In this document: in pieces, positions 21,125 to 31,084 of the stretch | How the letters are laid out: every line of letters begins with the position of its first letter | Position numbering within the stretch: the first letter of the stretch is position 1 | Source: Candidatus Poribacteria bacterium | GTDB lineage: Bacteria > Poribacteria > WGA-4E > PCPOR2b | Length of the DNA stretch: 64,000 nucleotides | Reading direction: 5' to 3' | NCBI GenBank assembly: GCA_965116925.1 | Contig: OZ220744.1 | Span: forward strand, 928,001 to 992,000 | The notes under the pieces: generated by a model | What the model was told of the DNA's origin: nothing | The model's database searches: none | Seen by the model: the letters and a program-made list of their open reading frames with translations, nothing else | Made by a program: the position numbers and the translations under genes

Positions 21125-21375
21125 TATAGTGAATTCAAAAAATAAAGAAACACTTGCGCCCCCCCGGTAGGTGCGGTTTGATGAAAATTAATTTATTAAT
21201 TCGGTAATGTGTGGTGTTCATTGTCTGAATCACGATTTACAGGATTCAAGGATTTACAAGATTAGAGACACTTCTTGATTGAAAATCGTTCGTCGTAGAA
21301 TTACCGAATTATTTTTTTAAACTTCATGTAACCGCACCGGTTTGGCGTGTCCCATTAATTCTAAAATCTACTATA
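21125..21375 (+). mobile_element. MITE family B, copy 2, with a family A variant nested at 21181-21327
   Basis: Tandem second copy of the B arms, 14 bp after copy 1. Confidence 0.85.
21181..21327. mobile_element. MITE family A variant (147 bp; same TIRs, different interior)
   Basis: atgaaaattaatttattaattcggtaat ... attaccgaattatttttttaaacttcat around an unrelated interior. Confidence 0.8.
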
Positions 21376-21382
21376 AACAACC

Positions 21383-22432
21383 ATGCCAGATAACAAGCAA
21401 TCTGAAAATCTGCTTCAACCTAAAGAACTGAATCCCGCTGTTGAACTCGCAGAAAAGGTGCTTGCGGAATTGGATCGTGTGCTGCTTGGCCGTTCTGCGC
21501 TCCACCGCTTGGTGCTCATCGGTATCCTGAGTCAGGGACATATCCTACTTGAAGGCGTGCCGGGTGTCGGCAAAACCGCACTCGTCAAGGCGTTGGGGCA
21601 ATTGCTCAGTCTCGATTTTAATCGGGTACAGTTTACCCCCGATCTGATGCCGGGTGATATCGTCGGCACACATATCTTGCAGCAAACCCCGGCGGGAGAG
21701 CGCGAGATGAGTTTCCAAGCGGGGCCGGTATTCACGAATATTCTACTCGCCGATGAGATAAACCGCGCTTCCCCCAAAACACAATCCGCCCTGCTTGAGG
21801 CGATGCAGGAGCGTTCCGTCACCCTGCTCGGCAATACTCGTACCCTCCCTATTCCTTTTTTTGTGCTTGCCTCTCAGAACCCGATTGAGTTAGAAGGAAC
21901 CTACCCGCTTCCAGAGGCACAGTTGGATCGATTCCTGTTCAAGTTGATTGTTCCCCATGCCGATGTGGATGTACTCGACGACATCATCTCAACCCGTCGA
22001 CGTGGCGAACCACCTGCCCCTGCGTGGTCAATGAGTGCCGAGCAACTACGCCAGTTATTCGATGTGATGGATAGAATTTTCTTGCCCAAGCCGGTATCAC
22101 GCTACATCTCACGCTTGACAGCTGCGACCCATCCGAATACGTCTGAAACCACCGCAGAGGTAAAAAAATATGTCACATACGCCGCCTCGCCGCGAGCGGC
22201 GATTGCGATGGCAGAGGCAGCGCGGGCATCTGCATTGCTCTCAGGTCGCCCGACTGTCGGATTCGAGGATGTGAAAACGGTTGCTTCAGCCGTGCTGAAC
22301 CATCGCGTAATTCTGAACTATCAAGCTCGCTTTGATGGCGTGGATACCTTCACGATTGTGGATAGCCTCCTTGCCACCCTCGACGAAACCAACCTCAATC
22401 TGCCTGATGATCTTGAGATTCGTTCAGCGTGA
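21383..22432 (+). CDS. MoxR-family AAA+ ATPase
   Basis: LLEGVPGVGKT, RVQFTPDLMPGD, LADEINRASPKTQSALLEAMQE, QNPIELEGTYPLPEAQLDRF and SPRA. Confidence 0.95.
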   Translation: MPDNKQSENLLQPKELNPAVELAEKVLAELDRVLLGRSALHRLVLIGILSQGHILLEGVPGVGKTALVKALGQLLSLDFNRVQFTPDLMPGDIVGTHILQQTPAGEREMSFQAGPVFTNILLADEINRASPKTQSALLEAMQERSVTLLGNTRTLPIPFFVLASQNPIELEGTYPLPEAQLDRFLFKLIVPHADVDVLDDIISTRRRGEPPAPAWSMSAEQLRQLFDVMDRIFLPKPVSRYISRLTAATHPNTSETTAEVKKYVTYAASPRAAIAMAEAARASALLSGRPTVGFEDVKTVASAVLNHRVILNYQARFDGVDTFTIVDSLLATLDETNLNLPDDLEIRSA

Positions 22433-22464
22433 GTTCCTTTAATCTTGCGTAAAGGGGTTTGAGA

Positions 22465-24636
22465 ATGCGTTCACTCCTCCATGAATCAATAATGCGATAT
22501 ACTGCCCCGCGTGTCATTTCTTTTTTGGTTATCATGTGGGTGTGCTGCACCGTATTCGATGCCCTTGCACAGACCGATTTTGGCGACATAACAGTCACGC
22601 CTGAACTCCAACCAACTGGCACCAGTGCACATGGGTATGCGGAGTACAGGATCGCTATATCGAACCGCTCACCCGATACAGCCCATCGAGTGACATTGAT
22701 TTTGCCGAAGAAGATTTTTCGCGCTTCTGGGAATCAAATCAGAGAAATTACTCGCTCGACGGTGGTTGGTCCATCCGCTACGGTCTATGTCTCTTTGCTT
22801 CAGCCACCTGTACCGCTCGCCCCCGGTAGTGAATTGGGAATTGCCATTGACGGTGAGGTACAACGAGACGAAGTGCTGTTATCCGACGGTTACCATGGTC
22901 GGGAAATATCGGGCACGACGCATGGCTCTGTCGGTGTCGGTACATCGCCGGGAGCACCGGTAGCGAGCAAAGGTTTCTCGCTACTACTCCGGATCCTGAT
23001 TAGTCGAAATGTGGATCCGACAGCTTTACACACCCACGCTGACACGTTACTTGGTTCTCCCTCTTCAGGTGGTCCCTCGATCCCAAGTAGTGGATCTCCG
23101 GTTTCGAGAGGCAGAGGTTCTACCCCTGCCTACGAAACAATTGATTTAGGGCTTCCTGTGTCGGCGTGGAACACAACTTGGCTTGGTTTCTCACGTTACG
23201 ATGGCATCATCGTCACGGCCGAGGATATCCGGCAGATGCCACCTGATGTTCAGTCCGCGCTATGGCATTACGTAGAATGCGGTGGTGCCCTGTTTGTCTT
23301 GGGAGGACCGGAACTGCCTGAAAGCTGGGGGTTGAAGGGATCGCTGAAACCTGAACTTCTCGCTGACTCTGAGGGGATTGCCGTCTATAATGTTGGTTTC
23401 GGTCAGTGTCTCGTGAGCCCTGCGACAGACACAGAAAGTCTAGATCAGAAACAGTGGAAACATGTTATAGAGTCATGGACAAAGACCGCAATCCCTTGGC
23501 AATGGGACAACTCAGTTGAAGATGCCAATCGCATATTTCCGGTGGTAAGCAGACTGGGGATTCCTGTGCGGGTGCTATTTTTGCTGATGCTGCTTTTTGC
23601 TATAGTCATCGGACCAGTGAATCTCATTATGCTGTCTCGCAAAAAACGACGCATCTGGCTGCTCTGGACAATGCCAGTCATCTCGTTGATGACGTGTCTT
23701 GGTGTGTTTGCCTATGCAACTTTTGCGGAAGGGTGGAAACAGGTGGTCCGTACGGAGGGGCTGACAATTCTTGACGAAAGGGTGCACCGCGCTACAACCA
23801 TTGGCTGGACCGCTTTCTACTCGGCGCTGACCCTAGGTGAGGGGTTACATTTCGGTCATGAAACGGAATTAACGCCCCAAATCTCCGCTAGGGATACAAA
23901 TAAAGTTCTTACAGTTGATTGGACATACGATCAGCACTTGGGAAATGGCTGGGTAACCGCCCGTGTTCCAATACATTTTATGGTTCGCAAAAGTGAAACG
24001 AGACGTGAACGCGTAACAGTCAGAAGGGGCGCAAACACCGATTTGAAAATTGTCAATGGTCTGGGGGTTGACATCAGCCAATTCTGGTTGGCAGACGGAG
24101 ATGGCACAATCTATTCTGCAATAGATATCCCTGCGGGAGAGGAAGTAGAACTGGAATCGCGACCGGATGTGCGTGTTAGTAGTCCAGATAAATCTGTTGA
24201 GGGGTTTGAATTTGAATTATGGGATCCTTCTATCAATCAGGAGCTGAATAGGGGGAAAATCTCACCTGTATTAAGAGATGAAATGAGATGGCATGGTCTA
24301 TTACTCTCTGATAATGTGACTGTTTCCGTTCAAGATCTCGATCGGCAGTGGGAGGTAACAGATCAACTTTTGAAGCGTTCTTACGACATAAAAACTAGCA
24401 GAGCCAACGGATTACTTAAAATCCACGCCGAGCGGACAACTAACTTACGCGCCATATTTGCCTCTGGAAATTGGATAGAAAATATTGAACGTCTCAAAAT
24501 CAACCCCGAGAAATATCTGCGTCCCGGCTGCTATATCGCTTCCTTGAAAGCCTCTCCATTTATTGAGGAGGGGCTGCCGAACGCAACGGAAAGGCAATAT
24601 AGTGCTGTCGTTTATGGTATCTTGGCAGCGGAATAA
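22465..24636 (+). CDS. Exported membrane protein of the MoxR/ABC cluster with a GATase-like domain and a candidate inserted ~70-aa module
   Basis: Signal peptide, YDGII...ALWHYVECGGAL, TM pair with IGPVN motif. Confidence 0.7.
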   Translation: MRSLLHESIMRYTAPRVISFLVIMWVCCTVFDALAQTDFGDITVTPELQPTGTSAHGYAEYRIAISNRSPDTAHRVTLILPKKIFRASGNQIREITRSTVVGPSATVYVSLLQPPVPLAPGSELGIAIDGEVQRDEVLLSDGYHGREISGTTHGSVGVGTSPGAPVASKGFSLLLRILISRNVDPTALHTHADTLLGSPSSGGPSIPSSGSPVSRGRGSTPAYETIDLGLPVSAWNTTWLGFSRYDGIIVTAEDIRQMPPDVQSALWHYVECGGALFVLGGPELPESWGLKGSLKPELLADSEGIAVYNVGFGQCLVSPATDTESLDQKQWKHVIESWTKTAIPWQWDNSVEDANRIFPVVSRLGIPVRVLFLLMLLFAIVIGPVNLIMLSRKKRRIWLLWTMPVISLMTCLGVFAYATFAEGWKQVVRTEGLTILDERVHRATTIGWTAFYSALTLGEGLHFGHETELTPQISARDTNKVLTVDWTYDQHLGNGWVTARVPIHFMVRKSETRRERVTVRRGANTDLKIVNGLGVDISQFWLADGDGTIYSAIDIPAGEEVELESRPDVRVSSPDKSVEGFEFELWDPSINQELNRGKISPVLRDEMRWHGLLLSDNVTVSVQDLDRQWEVTDQLLKRSYDIKTSRANGLLKIHAERTTNLRAIFASGNWIENIERLKINPEKYLRPGCYIASLKASPFIEEGLPNATERQYSAVVYGILAAE

Positions 24637-24652
24637 AGGACGGTTGGCAAAC

Positions 24653-24680
24653 GTAAGGAACGCAGATCTGCGTTCCCTAC
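24653..24680. repeat. GTAG-REP-like palindrome, family b
   Basis: gtaaggaacgcagatctgcgttccctac, one mismatch from 53359-53386. Confidence 0.8.
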
Positions 24681-24743
24681 TAACTCAATCAGTATTTTCC
24701 TTGCTGAAAGTTTGTACATCAACCTAAACCGAATACATCACAC

Positions 24744-25673
24744 ATGCAAGTCACTATCACTAATCTTAGAAAAGACTTTGGCGTGACGCGAGCAATCGAC
24801 GACATCTCCTTTAGCTTTTCATCGGGGCAAATCATCGGCTTTGTGGGGCCCAATGGTGCTGGTAAGACGACGACTATGAGAATCTTGGCGACGCTTGATG
24901 AACCGACAAGCGGCGATGCCATGATTGACGATGTCTCGATTGTGGAGGTGCCAGAGCAGGCACGCCGATTGATTGGATATGTGCCCGATGCCCTTCCGAT
25001 GCACCGGGATATATCTGTGCACGAGTACCTCGACTTCTTCGCTCGTGCTTACGGGCTGATGGCTATGCAACGGCGGGAAGTGGTCGAAAACATCGAAGAA
25101 TTTACCAATCTCACAGGTATTCAGGAAAAAAGTTTGTACGCGCTTTCCAAGGGGATGAAACAGCGGGTCAGCCTTGCACGAGCCTTGATTCATGACCCGC
25201 CGGTGTTGGTGATGGATGAGCCTGCATCCGGGCTCGATCCGCGTGCGCGAGTCGAACTGCGGGAACTTCTGAGAGTTTTGTCGAGCCAGGGGAAAGCCAT
25301 CTTAATTAGCTCACACATCCTGACCGAACTATCGGAAATCTGCGATGGTGCGGTGATTATTGAACAGGGACGAATCATCGCTGCGGGTACGTTGGAAGAG
25401 ATTATCAAGCCGGAGGACGAACAACATACTTTTCTGATTCGATCACTGAACAGACAGGGTGACCTGTATAGGTCCTTGCTTCTGATGCCGAATGTCGCAG
25501 CGGTGAACGAATTAGGAAGCGAGATAGAGGCGAGGATCACCGGCTCTGAGGAGACGTGCAGTGCCCTTCTCGTAAGCCTAATCCGAGATGGATACCGTAT
25601 TGTCGAGTTTAAGCAGCAGGGTAGCGATCTGGAATCGGTATTCATGGATGTGACAAAGGGAGAGATACAATGA
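24744..25673 (+). CDS. ABC transporter ATP-binding protein (ABC-2 type)
   Basis: GPNGAGKTT, LSKGMKQR, MDEPASGLDP and ISSH. Confidence 0.95.
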   Translation: MQVTITNLRKDFGVTRAIDDISFSFSSGQIIGFVGPNGAGKTTTMRILATLDEPTSGDAMIDDVSIVEVPEQARRLIGYVPDALPMHRDISVHEYLDFFARAYGLMAMQRREVVENIEEFTNLTGIQEKSLYALSKGMKQRVSLARALIHDPPVLVMDEPASGLDPRARVELRELLRVLSSQGKAILISSHILTELSEICDGAVIIEQGRIIAAGTLEEIIKPEDEQHTFLIRSLNRQGDLYRSLLLMPNVAAVNELGSEIEARITGSEETCSALLVSLIRDGYRIVEFKQQGSDLESVFMDVTKGEIQ

Positions 25674-27184
25674 AGTGGATCGGTGATCGCCTTGAAAAAA
25701 TCAATGATCGGCTCAATCCCATCGTTGTCAAAGAGTTGAGACAAGCGGTTCAGGGCAAATTTCTAGTTGTGGTGATAATCTGTTTTCTCTGCGTCCAGTT
25801 GCTGACTATGGGGTTATTCTTGGTAATAGATAAATCTGTTTCCGAATCTTTTGATGGAGGGCTAAAAATCTTCCGAGTCTTGGTATCGAATTTGCTGATG
25901 ACGTGCTTGTTGTGTATACCCGCCTATACCGGCATTCGGTTGGCAAACGAACGGGCAGATGCCAATGTCGATCTCCTGTTCATCACAACCCTTCGACCAC
26001 AGTCAATCATCTGGGGCAAATTCCTCGCGGGGCTCGTGATTACTGTTCTGCTTTATAGTGCCTGTATGCCATTTATGACCTTCACCTACCTTTTGCGGGG
26101 TATTGACTTGCCATCGATTTTCGTCCTGCTCACATTCGATTTCATCGTGGTCGCTGTAGGCATCCAGTGTGCTATTCTCGTCGGATGTATTCCTGCCAAC
26201 CGGGTCTTTAGGGTGATTCTTGGCGTGGCTTGGTTCGTTATTGTTCTTATTGCTATTAATATCCTAACCGTTTTTTCTTTGATGCTTGTGGAGTTTGGCA
26301 TCGGCAGCCAACTCGACTCTTGGAGATTCTGGCGGGGTGCCTTGGGTGTGCTAGTGAGTGGGTTAGCACTCATCGGCATTTTTGCGCTGCTATCAATCGC
26401 GCTTATAAGCCCTTTATCTGCCAATCGAGCGCTGCCCGTTCGTATCTTTATCACCGCAGTGTGGATTTTGACCGGAATTGGTGCAGCAATATGGAGTATA
26501 GGGGTTAATGACTTCGATCCGATTATGGTGTGGGCAATTTTACATATTCTTCTACATTCCATCGGTCTGTTTGTTGCTATCAGTGAGAGGGAGCATTTGG
26601 GTTGGCGGGTTCGCCAAGCCGTTCCACGCAGATGGTTGCTCCGCCCATTGGCATTTCTTTTTTATAGTGGTGCCGCTGGCGGCGTAATGTGGTCTGCTTC
26701 AATTATAGCTTTGACTGTACTGTCTGCGGTGGGGTGGTTAATTGTTTTTCCGCATATGGAAGCTAATGATGAGATGCTACGCATCGCACCGCTAGCTGTT
26801 CTGGGGTTGTACACCTTCAGTTATGTGTTGGCTGCGTCACTGATAAGAAGAAATTTCTTGATGGACCGAGTTACTAGCAATTATACGTGGGTAATTGCCC
26901 TCGTTTTATTAGGTATTACAACGACGATCATACCGCTCATCCTCTTTTTTGTTTACGGAAAGTGGGATGAAAATTGGCTGGTCGCTAGTCCCCTTGGGCC
27001 ATTTCTGTTTCATGACAGTGAGGTTGTGCCTTTTAGTCTAATTATCTCGATTTTTTGTGCAGTATTCATCGGTGCGCTCAGCCTACCGTGGTTTTTCAGA
27101 CAGTTTAACAACTTCCGTCCTCTCAGAGCAAAAGCGAGAAGCGGTTCCCAGACAGATAAATCTGGTAACGTATTAGGAGTTTAG
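25670..27184 (+). CDS. ABC-2-type permease-like membrane protein
   Basis: NPIVVKELRQ, ER...DLLFITTLRPQSIIWGK, many TM segments, ATGA overlap with the ATPase gene. Confidence 0.85.
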   Translation: MKWIGDRLEKINDRLNPIVVKELRQAVQGKFLVVVIICFLCVQLLTMGLFLVIDKSVSESFDGGLKIFRVLVSNLLMTCLLCIPAYTGIRLANERADANVDLLFITTLRPQSIIWGKFLAGLVITVLLYSACMPFMTFTYLLRGIDLPSIFVLLTFDFIVVAVGIQCAILVGCIPANRVFRVILGVAWFVIVLIAINILTVFSLMLVEFGIGSQLDSWRFWRGALGVLVSGLALIGIFALLSIALISPLSANRALPVRIFITAVWILTGIGAAIWSIGVNDFDPIMVWAILHILLHSIGLFVAISEREHLGWRVRQAVPRRWLLRPLAFLFYSGAAGGVMWSASIIALTVLSAVGWLIVFPHMEANDEMLRIAPLAVLGLYTFSYVLAASLIRRNFLMDRVTSNYTWVIALVLLGITTTIIPLILFFVYGKWDENWLVASPLGPFLFHDSEVVPFSLIISIFCAVFIGALSLPWFFRQFNNFRPLRAKARSGSQTDKSGNVLGV

Positions 27185-27304
27185 AGCGAGTTGGTGGGAT
27201 GTGAGAATCGCCTCCGTTTTCTCTATCGCTGCCTGATTGGTAATCTGGTGATTATTGGAAATACGGTCATAGACTCAATACGCTCAGACCATTGATGGTG
27301 AACC

Positions 27305-29092
27305 ATGATTCCCACCTTTACACTCCCACTCGGCTTCCTTTCGCTTTTGGCGATTACGGGTCTTGTTGCTATCTATCTACTACGCACCCGATCCCGGCGT
27401 TACCCCGTGTCCAGCCTGATGCTCTGGGTGAACCAGCAACAGGCGCGTCAGGGCGGGTTGCGCGTTGAGCGGCTGCAAGCATCGCTGCTATTCTTTCTGG
27501 AGTTGCTTGCCATTATACTAATCGCCCTTGCGGTGGCAGCCCCAATCATTCGGACGATGCAAGGTGCAATACCCCTGATGGTGGTCCTTGATGATTCCTT
27601 TTCAATGTTGGCAGGTGTTGATGAGACCCCCAAGAGCCGGGCAATTGTAGCACTTGAGGAACAACTCGCAGCCCAAAGATTCAATCCCCTTACTAACCGC
27701 CGCTATGCGGTGCGCTACGTGCTCGCGGGCATAGAGCCACAGGTGCTGAACGAAGCAGCGCGAACCGCAGATGAGGCAATAGCGCAACTTGAAGCGTGGC
27801 ACTGTCTCTCGCCATCTGCGGATTTAGGAGCAGCGATAAGTTTCGCTGCCGAACTCGGAGGGCAGAAAGTTCTCATACTTGTCCTGACAGATGAACCTCC
27901 GCCTCAAATACTGAAGGAGGACCGAATGCAGTGGTGGGCGTTCGGAATCCCTCACTCCAACATGGCGTTTGTCAATGCGACGCGGACCGCCACCGATTCG
28001 GGTGAGCGGTGTCTGTTGGAGATAACCAATCTTTCACCGCACGCAGGCAGTACGGAGTTGGTTGTAGAGGTAAAGGATGCTGCTGCCCAAAAAGCAGCTT
28101 CACCATTGCACCGCTCACCCCTTGAAATAGATCCGCGGGCGACGCGCCGGGTTTTTCTGAACCTACCGCCAGAAACGCCAGCGTTACGGGCACGGGTTGG
28201 TAATGATGTCCTGGCAATTGATAACGAGGTTGTTCTCTTACCACAACACCGAAAGCCTGTACTGGTAGATGTCCGTATTCAGGACCCGCGACTCCGCTCT
28301 CTTGTTGAGAGCGCATTGGTGTCAACCAATAGAGTTGTGTCGGCTAAAACAGAACCTGAGTTGGTGTTTCTTGATGAGACAGCAGTTGTCGATGACTCTG
28401 CCGAGACGTGGTCTATGCACATTATCACCGAACCGGAGGCATTGGCTTATCTCGGTCCCTTCGTTATTGATTTGACGCACCCTTTGACTGAAGGGCTTTC
28501 GCTTGACGGCGTGGTGTGGGGGGCTGGTACTAAGGAGCAGCTTATGGGTACGCCGGTTATCACCGCTGGAAATGTGCCCTTGTTGACTGACACTGAGCGG
28601 TTCACCGGAGCCCATGAAATCCGATTGCGCCTACGTCCTGATCTGTCAACCCTCCAAAACTCTCCGAATTGGCCCATTCTGATGTGGAATCTCCTTCAGT
28701 GGCGTGCCTCACAAGTGCCTGGATTGGAACGTGATAACCTTCGGTTGGGTGAGGAGGCCGTACTGACGACCAAGTTGGGCACGACATCTGTGGAAATTGT
28801 TCCGCCCGATGGCGAAACGCTTGTACACCCTGTGCCTGACAGAACGATAAACCTGAAAGCTGAGATGGTCGGTATCTATGAGATACGTGCAGGCGTGGAT
28901 AAGTACACTTTCGCCTCAAACGCGCTTTACCAAGCTGAGTCTGACCTCACGAATAAGGCGACAGGGCGTTGGGGTGATTGGGGTGACGCGACACTGCGGT
29001 GGTGGGGCTATCAGAGTTTTGCATGGTTCTTCCTACTGCTTGCCATCGGTATTTTAACACTGCACTTAATTTTCATGAAACGTGAAACGTAG
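27305..29092 (+). CDS. BatA-domain / vWA-domain protein
   Basis: N-terminal BatA-like segment (AIYLLR...VSSLMLW), MIDAS DDSFSM, LTD, C-terminal ESDL plus a TM segment. Confidence 0.85.
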   Translation: MIPTFTLPLGFLSLLAITGLVAIYLLRTRSRRYPVSSLMLWVNQQQARQGGLRVERLQASLLFFLELLAIILIALAVAAPIIRTMQGAIPLMVVLDDSFSMLAGVDETPKSRAIVALEEQLAAQRFNPLTNRRYAVRYVLAGIEPQVLNEAARTADEAIAQLEAWHCLSPSADLGAAISFAAELGGQKVLILVLTDEPPPQILKEDRMQWWAFGIPHSNMAFVNATRTATDSGERCLLEITNLSPHAGSTELVVEVKDAAAQKAASPLHRSPLEIDPRATRRVFLNLPPETPALRARVGNDVLAIDNEVVLLPQHRKPVLVDVRIQDPRLRSLVESALVSTNRVVSAKTEPELVFLDETAVVDDSAETWSMHIITEPEALAYLGPFVIDLTHPLTEGLSLDGVVWGAGTKEQLMGTPVITAGNVPLLTDTERFTGAHEIRLRLRPDLSTLQNSPNWPILMWNLLQWRASQVPGLERDNLRLGEEAVLTTKLGTTSVEIVPPDGETLVHPVPDRTINLKAEMVGIYEIRAGVDKYTFASNALYQAESDLTNKATGRWGDWGDATLRWWGYQSFAWFFLLLAIGILTLHLIFMKRET

Positions 29093-29113
29093 CATCATCA
29101 AACCATTTCTTGG

Positions 29114-29146
29114 AGAAACCGAGTTTTTTCAAAAAACTCGGTTTCT
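29114..29146. repeat. REP-like palindrome, family d
   Basis: agaaaccgagtttttt-c-aaaaaactcggtttct. Copies at 33191-33227 and 45851-45884; degenerate copies near 20841 and 54673. Confidence 0.85.
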
Positions 29147-29208
29147 AACACCAACAACACTTTGGGGTGGATATTTGATCCATTACTTATCAGATCGTAA
29201 ATAAAAAA

Positions 29209-29652
29209 ATGAAAATCTTTCACCTGAAAACCGAACAGAAAATTGAGAAATCACAAGATGAGTTATTCAACTTCTTTTCAGATGCGTACAATCTCGCGGA
29301 GATAACACCGCCTTGGCTCCATTTCCAGATGCTAACACCCGCTCCAATTGAAATGAAAGTTGGGACGCTGATCGACTATCGCCTAAAGCTGCGTGGTCTT
29401 CCCATCCGTTGGCAGAGCGAGATAACGGCTTGGGATCCCCCGCACTCTTTCGTTGATGAACAGCGTCGTGGGCCCTATCGTCGCTGGATTCATACGCATA
29501 CCTTTGTTCCCGTCCCTGGTGGTACGCTGGTAAGAGATGAGGTCGAGTACGCTGTACTTGGCGGCAGACTTGTGCAAAAGTTTTTCGTCGCTCCGGATAT
29601 AGAGAAAATTTTTGCCTATCGAACGTCGAAGTTGAAAGAGCTCCTCGCTTGA
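29209..29652 (+). CDS. SRPBCC family protein
   Basis: FFSDAYNLAEITPP, FVDEQRRGPYRRWIHTH and IFAYR. Confidence 0.85.
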   Translation: MKIFHLKTEQKIEKSQDELFNFFSDAYNLAEITPPWLHFQMLTPAPIEMKVGTLIDYRLKLRGLPIRWQSEITAWDPPHSFVDEQRRGPYRRWIHTHTFVPVPGGTLVRDEVEYAVLGGRLVQKFFVAPDIEKIFAYRTSKLKELLA

Positions 29653-29719
29653 CCTTCTCAGGCTTGGATATGGCTATCCAAGCCGAGCTTGGGGAAACTT
29701 ATCGCTTATCCGTTGGAGC

Positions 29720-31024
29720 TTGGAGAAATTTGTGAACCAGCAATCGATCTCTGAATCACAAATATGTAGCGGCTGTGATAATAACCTCCGTGGTTTGACC
29801 GCCGCCCCACACGAGGTAGGGCTTTCAGCGGAGCGGCTTGAACACATCTCCTCAACGGCACAGGGATTCATTGACAGGAAGCAGCTCGCCGGCGCGATGA
29901 CGGTTGTCGCCCGGCGTGGCAAGGTTGCCCACTTTGAAGCATATGGTATGATGGACATCGAAGCCAATAAGCCGATGCAAAAAGACACCATTTTCCGCAT
30001 CTACTCGATGACCAAGCCGATCGCTGCTGTGGGTGTGATGATGCTCTGTGAAGAAGGCAGGCTAACGCTTGACGCACCGGCATCAGTATATCTACCCGAA
30101 TTAAGAGGACTGAAGGTAGTACAGGACCCTGAGACCGATGTGTTCACGCCAGTCAAGGTTGACCGGGAAATGACTGTTCAAGATCTGATGCAACATACCG
30201 CCGGATTGCCCGGTGCTGCCCGATACATGGCTGGCAATACCGCAGTCGATAAGCTCTACCGCAAAGCAGGCTTGCATCGTTTGCATGAGTGCAACCTACG
30301 GGAACTTGTCGAGCGGTTGGGCAAAATCCCACTGTTGTATCAACCGGGAACAAAATGGCACTACAGCATCGCCGCCGATGTCTTGGGACGGCTCATTGAG
30401 ATCGCTTCTGGCCAACCCTTCGACTGTTTTTTAGCCGAGCGCATTTTTCAGCCGTTGGGCATGGTTGATACCGGGTTCTATGTGCCAGCGGAGAAGATTG
30501 ATCGGTTAGCAGGCATGTACGGTCCAAAGCCGACGGGAGGCTTACAAACCATTGGCGCACCCGAGGGCGGCACCGGACACATATCCAAGACCAGTTTCAT
30601 AAAGAAACCAAGATTCCTATCCGCAGGCGGAGGTTTGGTCTCGACAGCCTCCGATTTTGCCCGGTTCTGTCTCATGCTCTCAAACAGGGGGACACTGTCC
30701 GGAGAACGGTTGATGCAAGCGGAGTCCGTTGAATTGATGACTCGCAACCATTTGCCTGAAAACTTGATATCGCTCGACAAAAAGCCTGAGGATCGTTATG
30801 GAGGGCTCGGTTTTGGGTTGGGTGTCTCAGTTCGCGTTCAGCAGACAGATTGGGTGCCTGCCTCCCAGATCGGTGAGTACGGTTGGATCGGTGGCACTAG
30901 CACCGAATTTTGGATCTCTCCACGTGATGAGTTGGTAGCCATCACTTTGGCGCAGCATATTCCCTTTTCCGCGTTGAGCCATACCGTTAAGCCATTGATC
31001 TACGCGGCGATTGTAAAAGATTGA
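29720..31024 (+). CDS. Serine hydrolase, beta-lactamase class C-like family (start uncertain)
   Basis: IFRIYSMTKP (SxxK), PGTKWHYS, IFQPLGMVDTGF, GGGLVST and YGWIG. Confidence 0.9.
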   Translation: MEKFVNQQSISESQICSGCDNNLRGLTAAPHEVGLSAERLEHISSTAQGFIDRKQLAGAMTVVARRGKVAHFEAYGMMDIEANKPMQKDTIFRIYSMTKPIAAVGVMMLCEEGRLTLDAPASVYLPELRGLKVVQDPETDVFTPVKVDREMTVQDLMQHTAGLPGAARYMAGNTAVDKLYRKAGLHRLHECNLRELVERLGKIPLLYQPGTKWHYSIAADVLGRLIEIASGQPFDCFLAERIFQPLGMVDTGFYVPAEKIDRLAGMYGPKPTGGLQTIGAPEGGTGHISKTSFIKKPRFLSAGGGLVSTASDFARFCLMLSNRGTLSGERLMQAESVELMTRNHLPENLISLDKKPEDRYGGLGFGLGVSVRVQQTDWVPASQIGEYGWIGGTSTEFWISPRDELVAITLAQHIPFSALSHTVKPLIYAAIVKD

Positions 31025-31084
31025 CCAATCCAAGCCAAGCCGGAGTGCAGCGAAACACTACACTACACATGGATGTTCCCGTCC

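Noticed and set aside
20891..21375. CRISPR array or integron attC array
   Set aside because: Only two tandem units with long arms and TIR-bounded inserts. There is no regular repeat-spacer period, and no cas or integrase gene in the window.
29720..31024. Antibiotic-resistance beta-lactamase
   Set aside because: The motifs fit the broad esterase/serine hydrolase family and nothing specific indicates resistance.
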